Positions 48,334 through 56,650 of a stretch of DNA of 64,000 nt are shown here, piece after piece. Source of the stretch: Alphaproteobacteria bacterium. GTDB lineage: Bacteria > Pseudomonadota > Alphaproteobacteria > Holosporales > JBOFFI01. Position numbers and translations under genes: made by a program. Within the stretch, counting starts at the first letter, position 1. Each line of letters opens with the position of its first letter. The notes under the pieces were generated by a model that saw only the letters and a list, made by a program, of their open reading frames with translations, searched no databases and was not told the origin of the DNA. The stretch spans positions 843-64,842 of the forward strand of contig JBOFFI010000041.1 of NCBI GenBank assembly GCA_051648545.1. The letters run 5' to 3'.

Positions 48334-49361
48334 GTTGATGCGCCGTACTCCCGAATGTTTCGAATTAATTCACCGATATGTTCCAACGGTGTTTGGGGTA
48401 GCATGCCATGACCCAGGTTGAAAATAAAAGGTGTTTTTTCCATGGTCTTGATAATGAGGTTCGTTTGTTCTTTTAAAAGGCTACCACCTGCTAATAACAC
48501 AGATGGGTCTAGATTCCCCTGAATGATGCAGGGAAGGTTTTTTATCTCTTCCAAAGGAACCGAAAAATCAACGGATAAACCATCTACCTGGGTAGTGGCT
48601 TGGTAAGCTTTGAGAGCGAAAACACCAAGCCCTTTCGGGAAACCAATGATAGGAACCGTTGGATAACGAGACTTTAGAAAACGAGAAATCTGTTGGGTAG
48701 GCTTCAAAATCCAAGGCTCAAAAAAGGGAGCAGGCACCAAGTGTGCCCAGCTTTCAAAAAGTTGAATCACGTGAACCCCGGATTGTATTTGGCGTTCCAG
48801 GTAGCGCGTTGTCAATAAGGTGAGATGGTCCAGAATCTGTTGAAATAGGTTGATATCTTTAAAAATAGAGCTTTTTGCCTGGTGAAAATCTTTCGAGCTC
48901 GCTTGTTCCAGCATGTAAAGCGCTACCGTCCAAGGAGCTCCAGCGAATCCAATCAACCCAACCTTTTCAGGAAGTTTTATCTGTATTTGCTGGATCGCAT
49001 CAAAAACTGGCTCAAGCTTTTTTTCTATCGACTCAAATGTCTGTTCCAAAAAATGAGAGATTTGAAGTGACGACAAACAGGGGCCTTGCTTTTCTTTAAA
49101 CGTTACGTTTTGACCACATACTGAGGGAAGAAGCAGAATATCTGAAAAAAGAATCGCCGCATCCATCTCAAATCGACGTATGGGTTGAAGCGTTGCTTCG
49201 CAGACCGCCTCAGGGTTTAAGCAAAATGAGATGAAATCTGGAAAACGGCTTCGCAGACTTATATATTCTGGTAAAGATCGCCCAGCCTGGCGCATAAACC
49301 ACACGGGTGGAGATTCTAAAACTTTTTTTTGAAAAGGGTTAAGAATGGTCTTAGAAAGCAT
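48327..49361 (-). CDS. hemE: Uroporphyrinogen decarboxylase
   Basis: 344 aa. PPVWFMRQAGRSLPEY, ILFSDILLLP, HGMLPQTPLEHI. Overlaps hemH by 7 nt. Confidence 0.92.
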   Translation of the reverse strand: MLSKTILNPFQKKVLESPPVWFMRQAGRSLPEYISLRSRFPDFISFCLNPEAVCEATLQPIRRFEMDAAILFSDILLLPSVCGQNVTFKEKQGPCLSSLQISHFLEQTFESIEKKLEPVFDAIQQIQIKLPEKVGLIGFAGAPWTVALYMLEQASSKDFHQAKSSIFKDINLFQQILDHLTLLTTRYLERQIQSGVHVIQLFESWAHLVPAPFFEPWILKPTQQISRFLKSRYPTVPIIGFPKGLGVFALKAYQATTQVDGLSVDFSVPLEEIKNLPCIIQGNLDPSVLLAGGSLLKEQTNLIIKTMEKTPFIFNLGHGMLPQTPLEHIGELIRNIREYGASTC

Positions 49362-49575
49362 CTTTTTTCGAGTATCTCATATAATAAATATTTTTTTTAC
49401 TTTTATAAAAAAGAATAAAAAAAGGTGGTAATGGTTGTATATCCCTGTGGAATGTGTGGAGCTTTTTTTTTCCACACGTTTAACCACATGTTTTAATCAC
49501 CTTAAAACTATTTATTTCAAGAGAACAGAGAAAAAATCCACAGGCTGTGGATTTTTTTTAAAAACAAGAAAAATC

Positions 49576-49584
49576 TGTGGATAA
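49576..49584 (-). promoter_or_regulatory. Perfect DnaA box (TTATCCACA on the minus strand)
   Basis: The plus strand reads tgtggataa. Confidence 0.75.
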
Positions 49585-49642
49585 AATGTGGGTTATATTG
49601 AGGAAATTGTTAATTTTTTTTTATCCCCAATTTACCCCATTG

Positions 49643-49651
49643 TTATCCACA
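49643..49651 (+). promoter_or_regulatory. Perfect DnaA box (TTATCCACA)
   Basis: The plus strand reads ttatccaca, 13 nt from the flgL stop codon. Confidence 0.75.
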
Positions 49652-49663
49652 GATTTTTAAAGC

Positions 49664-50656
49664 TTAAGGTATAGATTTTATAAAATCTTCCAAAAATTTA
49701 ATCGTGTTGAAGGTAAGCGTATTGTTGATCATGATGGCCACTTTTAACAATTGATAATCTTGAAGCCCATCTAAAATATCTTGTCCTGCTATATCCCCCC
49801 AAGAATTTTTCGCTGCATTAATTTCATCTGAAAGGCCTTCATTAACATCTATAAAAATTTGCTCCATATGGCCGGTGTGGATAAGAAGCTCATCGTTAAG
49901 TTGGGCAATAGCTTCTACTAAGATATCTTCAACGGGCTCAAAATGTTTAGCGTTTTGGGGAGGGCCTAAGTCAATCAGCCTTGCTCCCCGGAAAGCACGG
50001 AAAGCTTTCTCAAAACACTCATGGTTAGCTTTTATTCGAAAATCAACTTTTTGGGTTTCTTTTTTTAACTTGATTTTCAAGGTCTCATCAGAGCCTTTAT
50101 AATAATCAAAATACGTTCTATTTTTAATATAATCAGGATTATCAATCCAAGTTCCAGGATTATTTTGGTCTTCTATCTGGGGTTCTAAGCTGTAATCTTG
50201 AGGGTAATCAGTCATGTCTACAGGTTTTTTATCCGTTCGGATTCCCGCAAAAATATAATTTCCGTAAACATCTTTTTGATTTAGTAATACAGTTAACTGG
50301 TATTCTAATTGTTGTAGGCGCTCTGGGAAACTGATAGTACTGTCGACAGCGGCGTTGTTGGCCCCCTTACACAGCACAAAAAAATCTTTTAGAACTTGGT
50401 TAGTCTGGTTTATAGCTATTTCATAGGGCTTTAATTCTGTAAGCAGAGATCTTTGGTTAAGCGATTCAAAGGAAAGCCCGATTTCTTTTTCAGCAAAAGA
50501 TGAAAGAACTATCTTTGTTTCTTTGGGTGCTTCTCCCCACTCTTCTGCTTTGTAACCTGTTGAAATCTTTACAACAGAAATGGAGAGCTCTGTCTGTTTT
50601 TTGGCGTTTTGACGTTGAAGACCATCAAAGGTGTGTCGAGTTGAAACGTGAAACAT
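49664..50656 (-). CDS. flgL: Flagellar hook-filament junction protein FlgL (HAP3), highly divergent
   Basis: 330 aa immediately downstream of flgK. The N-terminus MFHVSTRHTFDGLQRQNAKKQTELSISVVKISTGYK follows the FlgL/flagellin-N pattern (ST....Q.Q..L......STG). The rest is unrecognisable by eye. Confidence 0.55.
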   Translation of the reverse strand: MFHVSTRHTFDGLQRQNAKKQTELSISVVKISTGYKAEEWGEAPKETKIVLSSFAEKEIGLSFESLNQRSLLTELKPYEIAINQTNQVLKDFFVLCKGANNAAVDSTISFPERLQQLEYQLTVLLNQKDVYGNYIFAGIRTDKKPVDMTDYPQDYSLEPQIEDQNNPGTWIDNPDYIKNRTYFDYYKGSDETLKIKLKKETQKVDFRIKANHECFEKAFRAFRGARLIDLGPPQNAKHFEPVEDILVEAIAQLNDELLIHTGHMEQIFIDVNEGLSDEINAAKNSWGDIAGQDILDGLQDYQLLKVAIMINNTLTFNTIKFLEDFIKSIP

Positions 50657-50674
50657 GGCTTTAAGCTCCTATAA

Positions 50675-52459
50675 CTAAGCGTTCATCAATAATCGAGAAA
50701 TAAGATCGCTATTGCTTCTTAAAATATTGAAAACCCCCATCAAGGACTGAAGGTACATTTGGCAGAAGAGCAACGCCTGTATTTCATCTTGAATATTAGG
50801 TTGGGAAAAATTTTTGACTTCTTCTTCCAGAGCTTCAAAAAGGCTTTGTTCGCCTTCAAAGGTTGAAACAGCCTTGTCAGTTTGAATCGCAAAATCTTCT
50901 ATGGTATTTTGAACATAATTTAAGAGGCTATCTCCTTCAAACCTTGGAAGGAAGCCTGCTCTCTCGAATTCGATTTTTTTTTCAGATAAATCTTGCATCA
51001 GTTGGACCGTTTCTGCATCGCTTTTTTCCACAGCAATGCCATCTCCATAATCTGGGCCGTCTAGCCTTGAAAGGGTTCCACATTCAAAAAAATTTGGGTT
51101 TTCAGCATAATAGGGGTTAACATCTAAAACATTTGCAATGCCTGCAGCTCGAACACCATTCAAAAAATCTGGCGTTACAAAAAAATCTTGAAGCCCAATA
51201 AAGTGGGAAAGAGAGAGAGTGTTACCATCTGTTGTTTGAACACTGGAGGGAGGATCAAGATCAACAACGGCAATGCTGCAATTTGGGTCTATGCTTTCAA
51301 GCTGTACTTTATTTTCCGGTGTCATGGATGCCTTCATCGACGCAACAGCGTTAATGTTATCAAAGACATCTTGTAGTGTGGCGCAAGTGGTTAAATCAAG
51401 GTCTAAAACGTCCACAAAGGCTTTGGTTGTTTTATCAATGGTTGCAATTCGAATGATCCCTTGGGGATTTGTTAGAACTGTTGCAGCACCGTTTGGGAAA
51501 ATCTGAGTTCCAGTTTTTATTGACTGTAAATTATAGGATGTCCCGTTGTTATGGTATTTGTTCATCCACTCTCGCAATGTATAGGTAAATTCATCTAATT
51601 CTGCTTGGAGATTTGGCAGCGTTTCATCTCGCATTTTTAGAAGATTTCCAAGGGTTCCTAGTCCAAGTTTTTTAAGATCATCCGAGACGTCACAAATTTC
51701 AATTTCGATACCACTTAAATTCATTGACGAAGCCGAAATAAAGGAAGTACTCTCAAAATGAATTTCAGCTATAAAATTATCATGTACGAGAAGGTGACCG
51801 TCACAGTACAAGGAAAATCCACCATTACGCTCATTACATTCCACAATAGGCAAGTATTTTGAAATTTCGAAAGCTACGGCGTCCCTCTTGCTTTGAAGAT
51901 CTAAAGGATTTTTATCATAAAGCAATTTAATTTGTTTGTTTAAATCTGCGTATTCTTTCAGATTGGCCCTTAGCTCATCAATTTTTTTATAAATCTCCCA
52001 ATCAGCTTCTGAGCGAAGAGATTGTATTTTATTGGATATTTCTCGTATAGATGCGACAAGGGTTTGAGAGCTGATGACAACGCCTTGGATTAAGCCAATA
52101 TCATCAGGTCTCCTCGCCAAAGCATTCAGAGATGTAAAAACCTGGGTGAGGTAGTTTGATAGGTTATCTTCTCCAGCAAACCTTCCCAATGTGGGTTGAA
52201 TTTTTTCAAAATAAAGTGCTGAAATTTGGGTTCCTTCAAAGGCACTATTCTGCTTTTTATAGGCTTTGTGGAGCTGTTCATCGATAACTCGTTTAGGAAT
52301 GGTTCCTGTAACACCTGTTGTTCTTCCACTGGCTGTCACCGTTTTTCCTTGCATTTCGTGCCTACAAAAATCTGGATCTTGAGCAGAAGCGGTGTTGATA
52401 TTGTGTTCGTCTGAAAGCTTGGTTCCCAGCTTAAGACCTGTTGTAACCAGAGAAAACAT
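50675..52459 (-). CDS. flgK: Flagellar hook-associated protein FlgK (HAP1), divergent
   Basis: 594 aa. N-terminus MFSLVTTGLKLGTKLSDEHNINTASAQDPDFCRHE (compare the FlgK pattern M.L...GL......L......N.AN..T.GY.R). The C-terminus DEIQALLFCQMYLQSLMGVFNILRSNSDLISRLL resembles the conserved FlgK C-terminal helix. Position between the flgN-like gene and flgL. Confidence 0.65.
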   Translation of the reverse strand: MFSLVTTGLKLGTKLSDEHNINTASAQDPDFCRHEMQGKTVTASGRTTGVTGTIPKRVIDEQLHKAYKKQNSAFEGTQISALYFEKIQPTLGRFAGEDNLSNYLTQVFTSLNALARRPDDIGLIQGVVISSQTLVASIREISNKIQSLRSEADWEIYKKIDELRANLKEYADLNKQIKLLYDKNPLDLQSKRDAVAFEISKYLPIVECNERNGGFSLYCDGHLLVHDNFIAEIHFESTSFISASSMNLSGIEIEICDVSDDLKKLGLGTLGNLLKMRDETLPNLQAELDEFTYTLREWMNKYHNNGTSYNLQSIKTGTQIFPNGAATVLTNPQGIIRIATIDKTTKAFVDVLDLDLTTCATLQDVFDNINAVASMKASMTPENKVQLESIDPNCSIAVVDLDPPSSVQTTDGNTLSLSHFIGLQDFFVTPDFLNGVRAAGIANVLDVNPYYAENPNFFECGTLSRLDGPDYGDGIAVEKSDAETVQLMQDLSEKKIEFERAGFLPRFEGDSLLNYVQNTIEDFAIQTDKAVSTFEGEQSLFEALEEEVKNFSQPNIQDEIQALLFCQMYLQSLMGVFNILRSNSDLISRLLMNA

Positions 52460-52888
52460 TTAAAGGCTCCTTTGAATTCCAAAAAAAGGGGAAGGTGGCG
52501 TTGCAGAACTCAAATTACCCAATGAACCATATTTTGTTGTTTGAGAAGGTTCTTTCATCAATTCTATGACAGATTCAAGTTGGGTTTGCTTGGATTCTAA
52601 AAAATGTTTAAGCAGCGTTTGATTCAATTCCGTTTGATCTGCGAAGTATGTGGAGGCTTCTGCCCACGCCCGCTGCTTTTTAGGGTCCATCTCTTCAAAA
52701 GCGTGTGGATTTTTAACCAGCTCTTGCAACAAAGTTGCGTAAGTCTGAAAAAGAGTTCCTTTTTTTGCTTGAAGGCTTTCTAGACCTTTCAATTTTTCAA
52801 GGGCTATCATCTGATATTCTTCTTGAAAAATTTCCAGGATCTCTTTTTGTAAACTGGATAATTTTTCCGGCAAAGTATTCGTTTCCAT
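52460..52888 (-). CDS. FlgN-like flagellar export chaperone, putative
   Basis: 142 aa, predicted all-helical, Glu/Leu/Gln-rich. Its stop codon abuts the flgK ATG (taa-atg with no spacer). The call rests on size, composition and position only. Confidence 0.4.
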   Translation of the reverse strand: METNTLPEKLSSLQKEILEIFQEEYQMIALEKLKGLESLQAKKGTLFQTYATLLQELVKNPHAFEEMDPKKQRAWAEASTYFADQTELNQTLLKHFLESKQTQLESVIELMKEPSQTTKYGSLGNLSSATPPSPFFGIQRSL

Positions 52889-52893
52889 GGAAT

Positions 52894-53148
52894 CTATTTT
52901 CCTTGTTTCGTAAAATTCTCAGAAAATTCTTCAACAAAGGGCTCAAAGCTAGAAGATTCAGCCAAAGCCTTGCCCATCTCCTTTGACAACACGTAGGTGA
53001 CAAAAGAAGCGTGTGAAGACGCGCCGAATAAACCTTCTTCTTCGAAACAATCGAAAAGAGGACGAATCATTTGGGCAAGCTGCCCACCTAAAAGGTTTTC
53101 TGTTTTTTCATAAATAAGACTTGGAGAAGGTGGGGAAACTGAAAGCAT
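52894..53148 (-). CDS. flgJ: Rod-binding protein (FlgJ N-terminal-domain only; no muramidase domain)
   Basis: 84 aa, 1 nt after the flgI stop. LLGGQLAQMIRPLFDCFEEEGLFGASSHASFVTYVLSKEMGKALAES resembles the Rod_binding motif (F...fl.qMlk.M......g.......y......e.a..ia). Confidence 0.5.
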   Translation of the reverse strand: MLSVSPPSPSLIYEKTENLLGGQLAQMIRPLFDCFEEEGLFGASSHASFVTYVLSKEMGKALAESSSFEPFVEEFSENFTKQGK

Positions 53149-53149
53149 G

Positions 53150-54352
53150 TTAACGGACCTCTATTTGTGCTTGGAGTGCGCCGGATGCGGCAATATTTTG
53201 GATGATGGTGATCATGTCTCGCGGGCTAACCCCCAATGCATTTAGACCATCTACAAGGTCTTTAAGAGTGGTTTTCCCTGGAAGAACTGTCATCTTACGG
53301 TCAGTTTCTTCGTCAACAGAAATGGTAGAGCGTGGGGTGACGACTGTTCTTCCACTGGAGAACATTCCCTCGGGCTGTGAAACATCCTTCTCTTCATCGA
53401 TGCGAATAATCAGGTTTCCGTGGGCAACAGCAACGGTGCTGATTCGGACATTCTCTCCCATGACAATAATGCCGTTTTGCTCATCAATAACCACTTTTGC
53501 AACGGTATCTGGTTGGATAGCAAGTTGCTCAATACTTGCTATAAACGCAGAAGGGTGACTGTATTGAGAGGGAACATTTACCGAAACTGTTGATGGGTCA
53601 ACAGCTTTAGCAACAAATGCACCTTCTTTGGCGTTAATAGCACTGGCAACGCGTTGGGCTGTTGTAAAATCTGGGTTTTTAAGGGCTAGCCTAAAAGATT
53701 TTTGGTTGGATAAATCATGGGGAATTTCACGCTCCACGATGGCGCCTCCAGGGATTATACCACTTGTTGGGACCCCTTTGGTAACAGAGCTTCCTGATTG
53801 TCCTTGGGCTGAAAATCCACCGGTTGAAACGGGTCCTTGAGAAACAGCATACACTTCGCCATCAGCACCTAACAACGGCGTGACGAGAAGCATTCCGCCA
53901 TTGAGGCTTTTAGCATCCCCCATGGCAGAGATGCTTGAATCAATGCGAGACCCATGTCTTGAAAAAGCTGGCAATGTGGCTGTTACCATCACGGCTGCAA
54001 CATTTTTTGTTTTCATTTTAAGCATCTGGTCTCTGGTATTAATCCCGAGACGTTCCAGCATGGATACAAGACTTTCTCTTGTAAAAGGAGAGCCGTTTAA
54101 GCTATCTCCTGTGCCGTTTAGCCCAACCACTAATCCATAGCCGACTAGCATGTTTTCCCGGACACCTTCAAAATTGAGAATATCTTTGAGACGCACACTG
54201 GGGCGTATGGGCTGAAGGGGCTTATTTTCTGCCTGTGGTTGCGTTATCAGCACCAATTGAATCAACGCTGCCCATAAAAAGACGCTGCGAAAAAAGCCTG
54301 TAGAAAGAGAGCGGTTAAAAAATCTGACACCCATGACGTTCCCATATCTCAT
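53150..54352 (-). CDS. flgI: Flagellar basal-body P-ring protein FlgI
   Basis: 400 aa. Signal peptide, then VRLKDILNFEGVRENMLVGYGLVVGLNGTGD, PLLGADGEVYAVSQG, LVDGLNALGVSPRDMITIIQNI. The start may be Met7 (54334). Confidence 0.93.
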   Translation of the reverse strand: MRYGNVMGVRFFNRSLSTGFFRSVFLWAALIQLVLITQPQAENKPLQPIRPSVRLKDILNFEGVRENMLVGYGLVVGLNGTGDSLNGSPFTRESLVSMLERLGINTRDQMLKMKTKNVAAVMVTATLPAFSRHGSRIDSSISAMGDAKSLNGGMLLVTPLLGADGEVYAVSQGPVSTGGFSAQGQSGSSVTKGVPTSGIIPGGAIVEREIPHDLSNQKSFRLALKNPDFTTAQRVASAINAKEGAFVAKAVDPSTVSVNVPSQYSHPSAFIASIEQLAIQPDTVAKVVIDEQNGIIVMGENVRISTVAVAHGNLIIRIDEEKDVSQPEGMFSSGRTVVTPRSTISVDEETDRKMTVLPGKTTLKDLVDGLNALGVSPRDMITIIQNIAASGALQAQIEVR

Positions 54353-54445
54353 TGAATTTTGAGCTTTTTGGATTCTCCAGATTCAAAATCTTGGAGCATT
54401 CCAGAACGTGTATGCGATTTTTATGCCAGATAGAAATGCTGGATT

Positions 54446-55366
54446 TTACTGCCTGGAAGTGCCTTGATGCAGCGGTTCCATACGACGGTATTTCCAAACC
54501 AACCCCCAGGCCCAGAACATGTCTTTTTCATCTAGAGCTTTTCCAATATTTTCTGGAGACTGGTTTTGGGAAAAATGGGCCTGAAAAGCTCTAAGGCTTG
54601 GCATCAACGTTTCCTCTCCACCAGTATCTGGAACAGCATATCCATAGGCCCTTAGATAGGTTGCTAAAAAATGAGGGTCAAGCTCTTCCGGTAGCTGCTC
54701 ACTGGGATTATATTTTTGTTGAATAGCTTCAGGGGTTTGCTCATCAGCGGAAAGCCAAGCGCCCACACCATAGTGTTCATAAAGAAGACCCCAGGGAAAC
54801 AGAGGCCCTGGATCTTGCTTGCGGGATGGAGCAATATCTTCGTGCCCGATAACGCAAGTGGGGTTGATGTTATAACTTTGAACGATTTTTTGGGAGAGGG
54901 TTCCCAGGGTTCTCATTTGGTCAGTATCAAAAGGAATCCAATTTTTGGCTTTGTCTACGCCCAGATTAACCAGCTCAATGCTGATGGAGGTATCGTTTAG
55001 CCCCTTTGATCCTTGCCAGTTGCTGACGCCTGCATGCCAGGCCCTTTTGGCTTCTGGAACAACCTGGATTAAGGTTCCGCCAGCAACGGGAGATGTTTCT
55101 GCTTCTGTGATAACATAATGGGCGCTGACGCGATCAGATGTTGCGTCTCGCGTCATGGTTTTCAAGGAATCTAGAAGATTTTCAGCGGTGTAATGGAGAA
55201 CCAGTTGGTTAATCTGGCTTCCCTGGGGGCGATCATTAAAATGGTTTCGGTTGGGTTGGTCTGAAAAATAAGGAACGCTATAGCCGGGTAAACTTTGCTC
55301 ACGGTGGAGGGCTATTTGCGTTGCCTTGAAAACATAATCTTGGAAATCATCATCCTGTATATCCAT
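54446..55366 (-). CDS. N-acetylmuramoyl-L-alanine amidase (Amidase_2, AmpD/AmiD family) with a C-terminal peptidoglycan-binding-like domain
   Basis: 306 aa. LVLHYTA, SAHYVI, AWHAGVSNWQG, ISIELVN, GHEDIAPSRKQDPGPLFPW. C-terminal LRAYGYAVPDTGGEETLMPSLRAFQAHFSQ is PG_binding_1-like. No obvious signal peptide. Confidence 0.8.
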   Translation of the reverse strand: MDIQDDDFQDYVFKATQIALHREQSLPGYSVPYFSDQPNRNHFNDRPQGSQINQLVLHYTAENLLDSLKTMTRDATSDRVSAHYVITEAETSPVAGGTLIQVVPEAKRAWHAGVSNWQGSKGLNDTSISIELVNLGVDKAKNWIPFDTDQMRTLGTLSQKIVQSYNINPTCVIGHEDIAPSRKQDPGPLFPWGLLYEHYGVGAWLSADEQTPEAIQQKYNPSEQLPEELDPHFLATYLRAYGYAVPDTGGEETLMPSLRAFQAHFSQNQSPENIGKALDEKDMFWAWGLVWKYRRMEPLHQGTSRQ

Positions 55367-55392
55367 ATATAATTGCCCCCTTAAAGCGTGGT

Positions 55393-55671
55393 TTATAAAT
55401 AAAGTGTTAGGGCGTGGAGCCCCCGGGTTTTAAAAAGGTCTTCCAGCACAGCGTGGACCTGCCGATGGCGTTCTAACCGAGATAAAGGAAACAGAATTTC
55501 CGCTTCCATGGTGATGGCAAAATGGGTCTCACCTGTACTTTCTTCAATGGGAAGGTGCCCTGCATGGAGGTGAGATTTATTTTCAATTTGAAGCAAAGTA
55601 GGAAAAAAAGCTGACTCCAGGCGCCAACGTAAAACCTCTTCAAGGTTAGATTCAGTTTTGATTCGTTCCAT
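55393..55671 (-). CDS. BolA family protein
   Basis: LQIENKSHLHAGH...GETHFAITMEAEILFPLSRLERHRQVHAVLEDLFKTRGLHALTL. ATG at 55671; the track ORF opens at a TTG at 55686. Confidence 0.8.
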   Translation of the reverse strand: MERIKTESNLEEVLRWRLESAFFPTLLQIENKSHLHAGHLPIEESTGETHFAITMEAEILFPLSRLERHRQVHAVLEDLFKTRGLHALTLYL

Positions 55672-55682
55672 AAACGACCTAC

Positions 55683-55717
55683 TCAAAAGAAAACGCTTTG
55701 ATACAAACCAAAGCGTT
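55683..55717 (-). terminator. Rho-independent terminator downstream of ctrA
   Basis: A 9-bp stem, aacgctttg (55692-55700) with caaagcgtt (55709-55717), and an 8-nt loop. On the minus strand it is followed by ttttctttt. Confidence 0.7.
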
Positions 55718-55747
55718 CTTTAATTGTTTAGAAAATCTTGAGTTCCG

Positions 55748-56515
55748 TCAAGTCCCTACGTTCTGAAGGCGATTTTTAGGCCTTCCGGATACAGGAGAGG
55801 AGGCCATATCTGGCGGAATTTTCACATATTCAGGGGATGAGGCAGGGTCTCGAAGGACATAACCACGGCCCCATACCGTTTCAATATAATTTTCTCCACC
55901 CAAAGCATCGCCCAGTTTTTTCCGGAGCTTGCAGACAAACACATCGATAATCTTGAGCTCGGGCTCATCCATACCACCATAAAGATGATTCAGGAAAATT
56001 TCTTTGCTGAGGGTTGAGCCTTTCCGTAAGACCAGCAATTCTAAAATCCCATATTCTTTCCCTGTAAGCTTTAGGGGAACCCCATCAACATCCGCCATAC
56101 GTGTTTGAAGGTTTACAGTCAGGCGGCCTGTCCGGATGATAGATTCGGCATGTCCCTTGGATCTGCGAACGATGGCTTGGATGCGAGCCAGAAGTTCTGC
56201 CTTGTTAAAAGGCTTGGTGAGGTAGTCATCAGCACCGAATCCGAGGCTTTTAATCTTATCTGAAACTTCTTGACGTCCTGAAAGAATCAAGATAGGTGTG
56301 GAAACGTTGGCACTCCTCAAACGACGCAGCACATCGTGACCGTCCATGTCTGGCAGCGTCAAATCAAGTAGGATGATGTCATAATCGTACAGCTTCCCGA
56401 TTTCCAGACCATCCTCTCCCATATCTGTCGTATCGCACACAAAACCTTCGGTTTTCAGGGCAAGTTCAATGGTTTTCGCAGTCGGTGTATCGTCTTCAAC
56501 TAGAAGGACTCTCAT
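55748..56515 (-). CDS. ctrA: Cell-cycle response regulator CtrA (OmpR family)
   Basis: 255 aa. Long near-identical stretches to Caulobacter CtrA as I remember it: [92 protein letters not shown]. Confidence 0.92.
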   Translation of the reverse strand: MRVLLVEDDTPTAKTIELALKTEGFVCDTTDMGEDGLEIGKLYDYDIILLDLTLPDMDGHDVLRRLRSANVSTPILILSGRQEVSDKIKSLGFGADDYLTKPFNKAELLARIQAIVRRSKGHAESIIRTGRLTVNLQTRMADVDGVPLKLTGKEYGILELLVLRKGSTLSKEIFLNHLYGGMDEPELKIIDVFVCKLRKKLGDALGGENYIETVWGRGYVLRDPASSPEYVKIPPDMASSPVSGRPKNRLQNVGT

Positions 56516-56650
56516 CCCTGTACTCCTTATTATTATTTATAGTTAATATCTATTAAAGCATATTTTTTCGACAACGTTAAGTGAAAAAACTAACGAAGCA
56601 TAAAACTGTTTCCATTGAGACGCAAAAAATAAAATTTAATGCGTTGAAAA

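Larger units (their letters stand above)
49362..49663. other. oriC: Candidate chromosomal replication origin (oriC): DnaA-box cluster plus an AT-rich tract in the hemE-flgL spacer
   Basis: Two perfect TTATCCACA boxes. Three one-mismatch boxes: TTTTCCACA 49468-76, TTAACCACA 49480-88 and TTATCCCCA 49621-29. An inverted pair of AAATCCACA (49534-42 and 49546-54). A nearly pure A/T tract at 49381-49433. hemE-adjacent origins are known from Caulobacter and Rickettsia. Confidence 0.7.

Noticed and set aside
49531-49557. Palindrome aaaaaatccacaggctgtggatttttt read as a plain bidirectional terminator for flgL
   Set aside because: This is not fully rejected. It has a 7-bp stem flanked by A and T runs, ~110 nt downstream of flgL, so it could terminate transcription. 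Both arms are also DnaA-box-like (AAATCCACA) and it sits among perfect boxes, so I report it under the origin hypothesis rather than as a separate terminator feature.
56543-56556. TTAA...TTAA pair just upstream of the ctrA start as an autoregulatory CtrA box
   Set aside because: The spacing is N6 (ttaa-tatcta-ttaa), not the N7 that the CtrA consensus TTAA-N7-TTAA requires.
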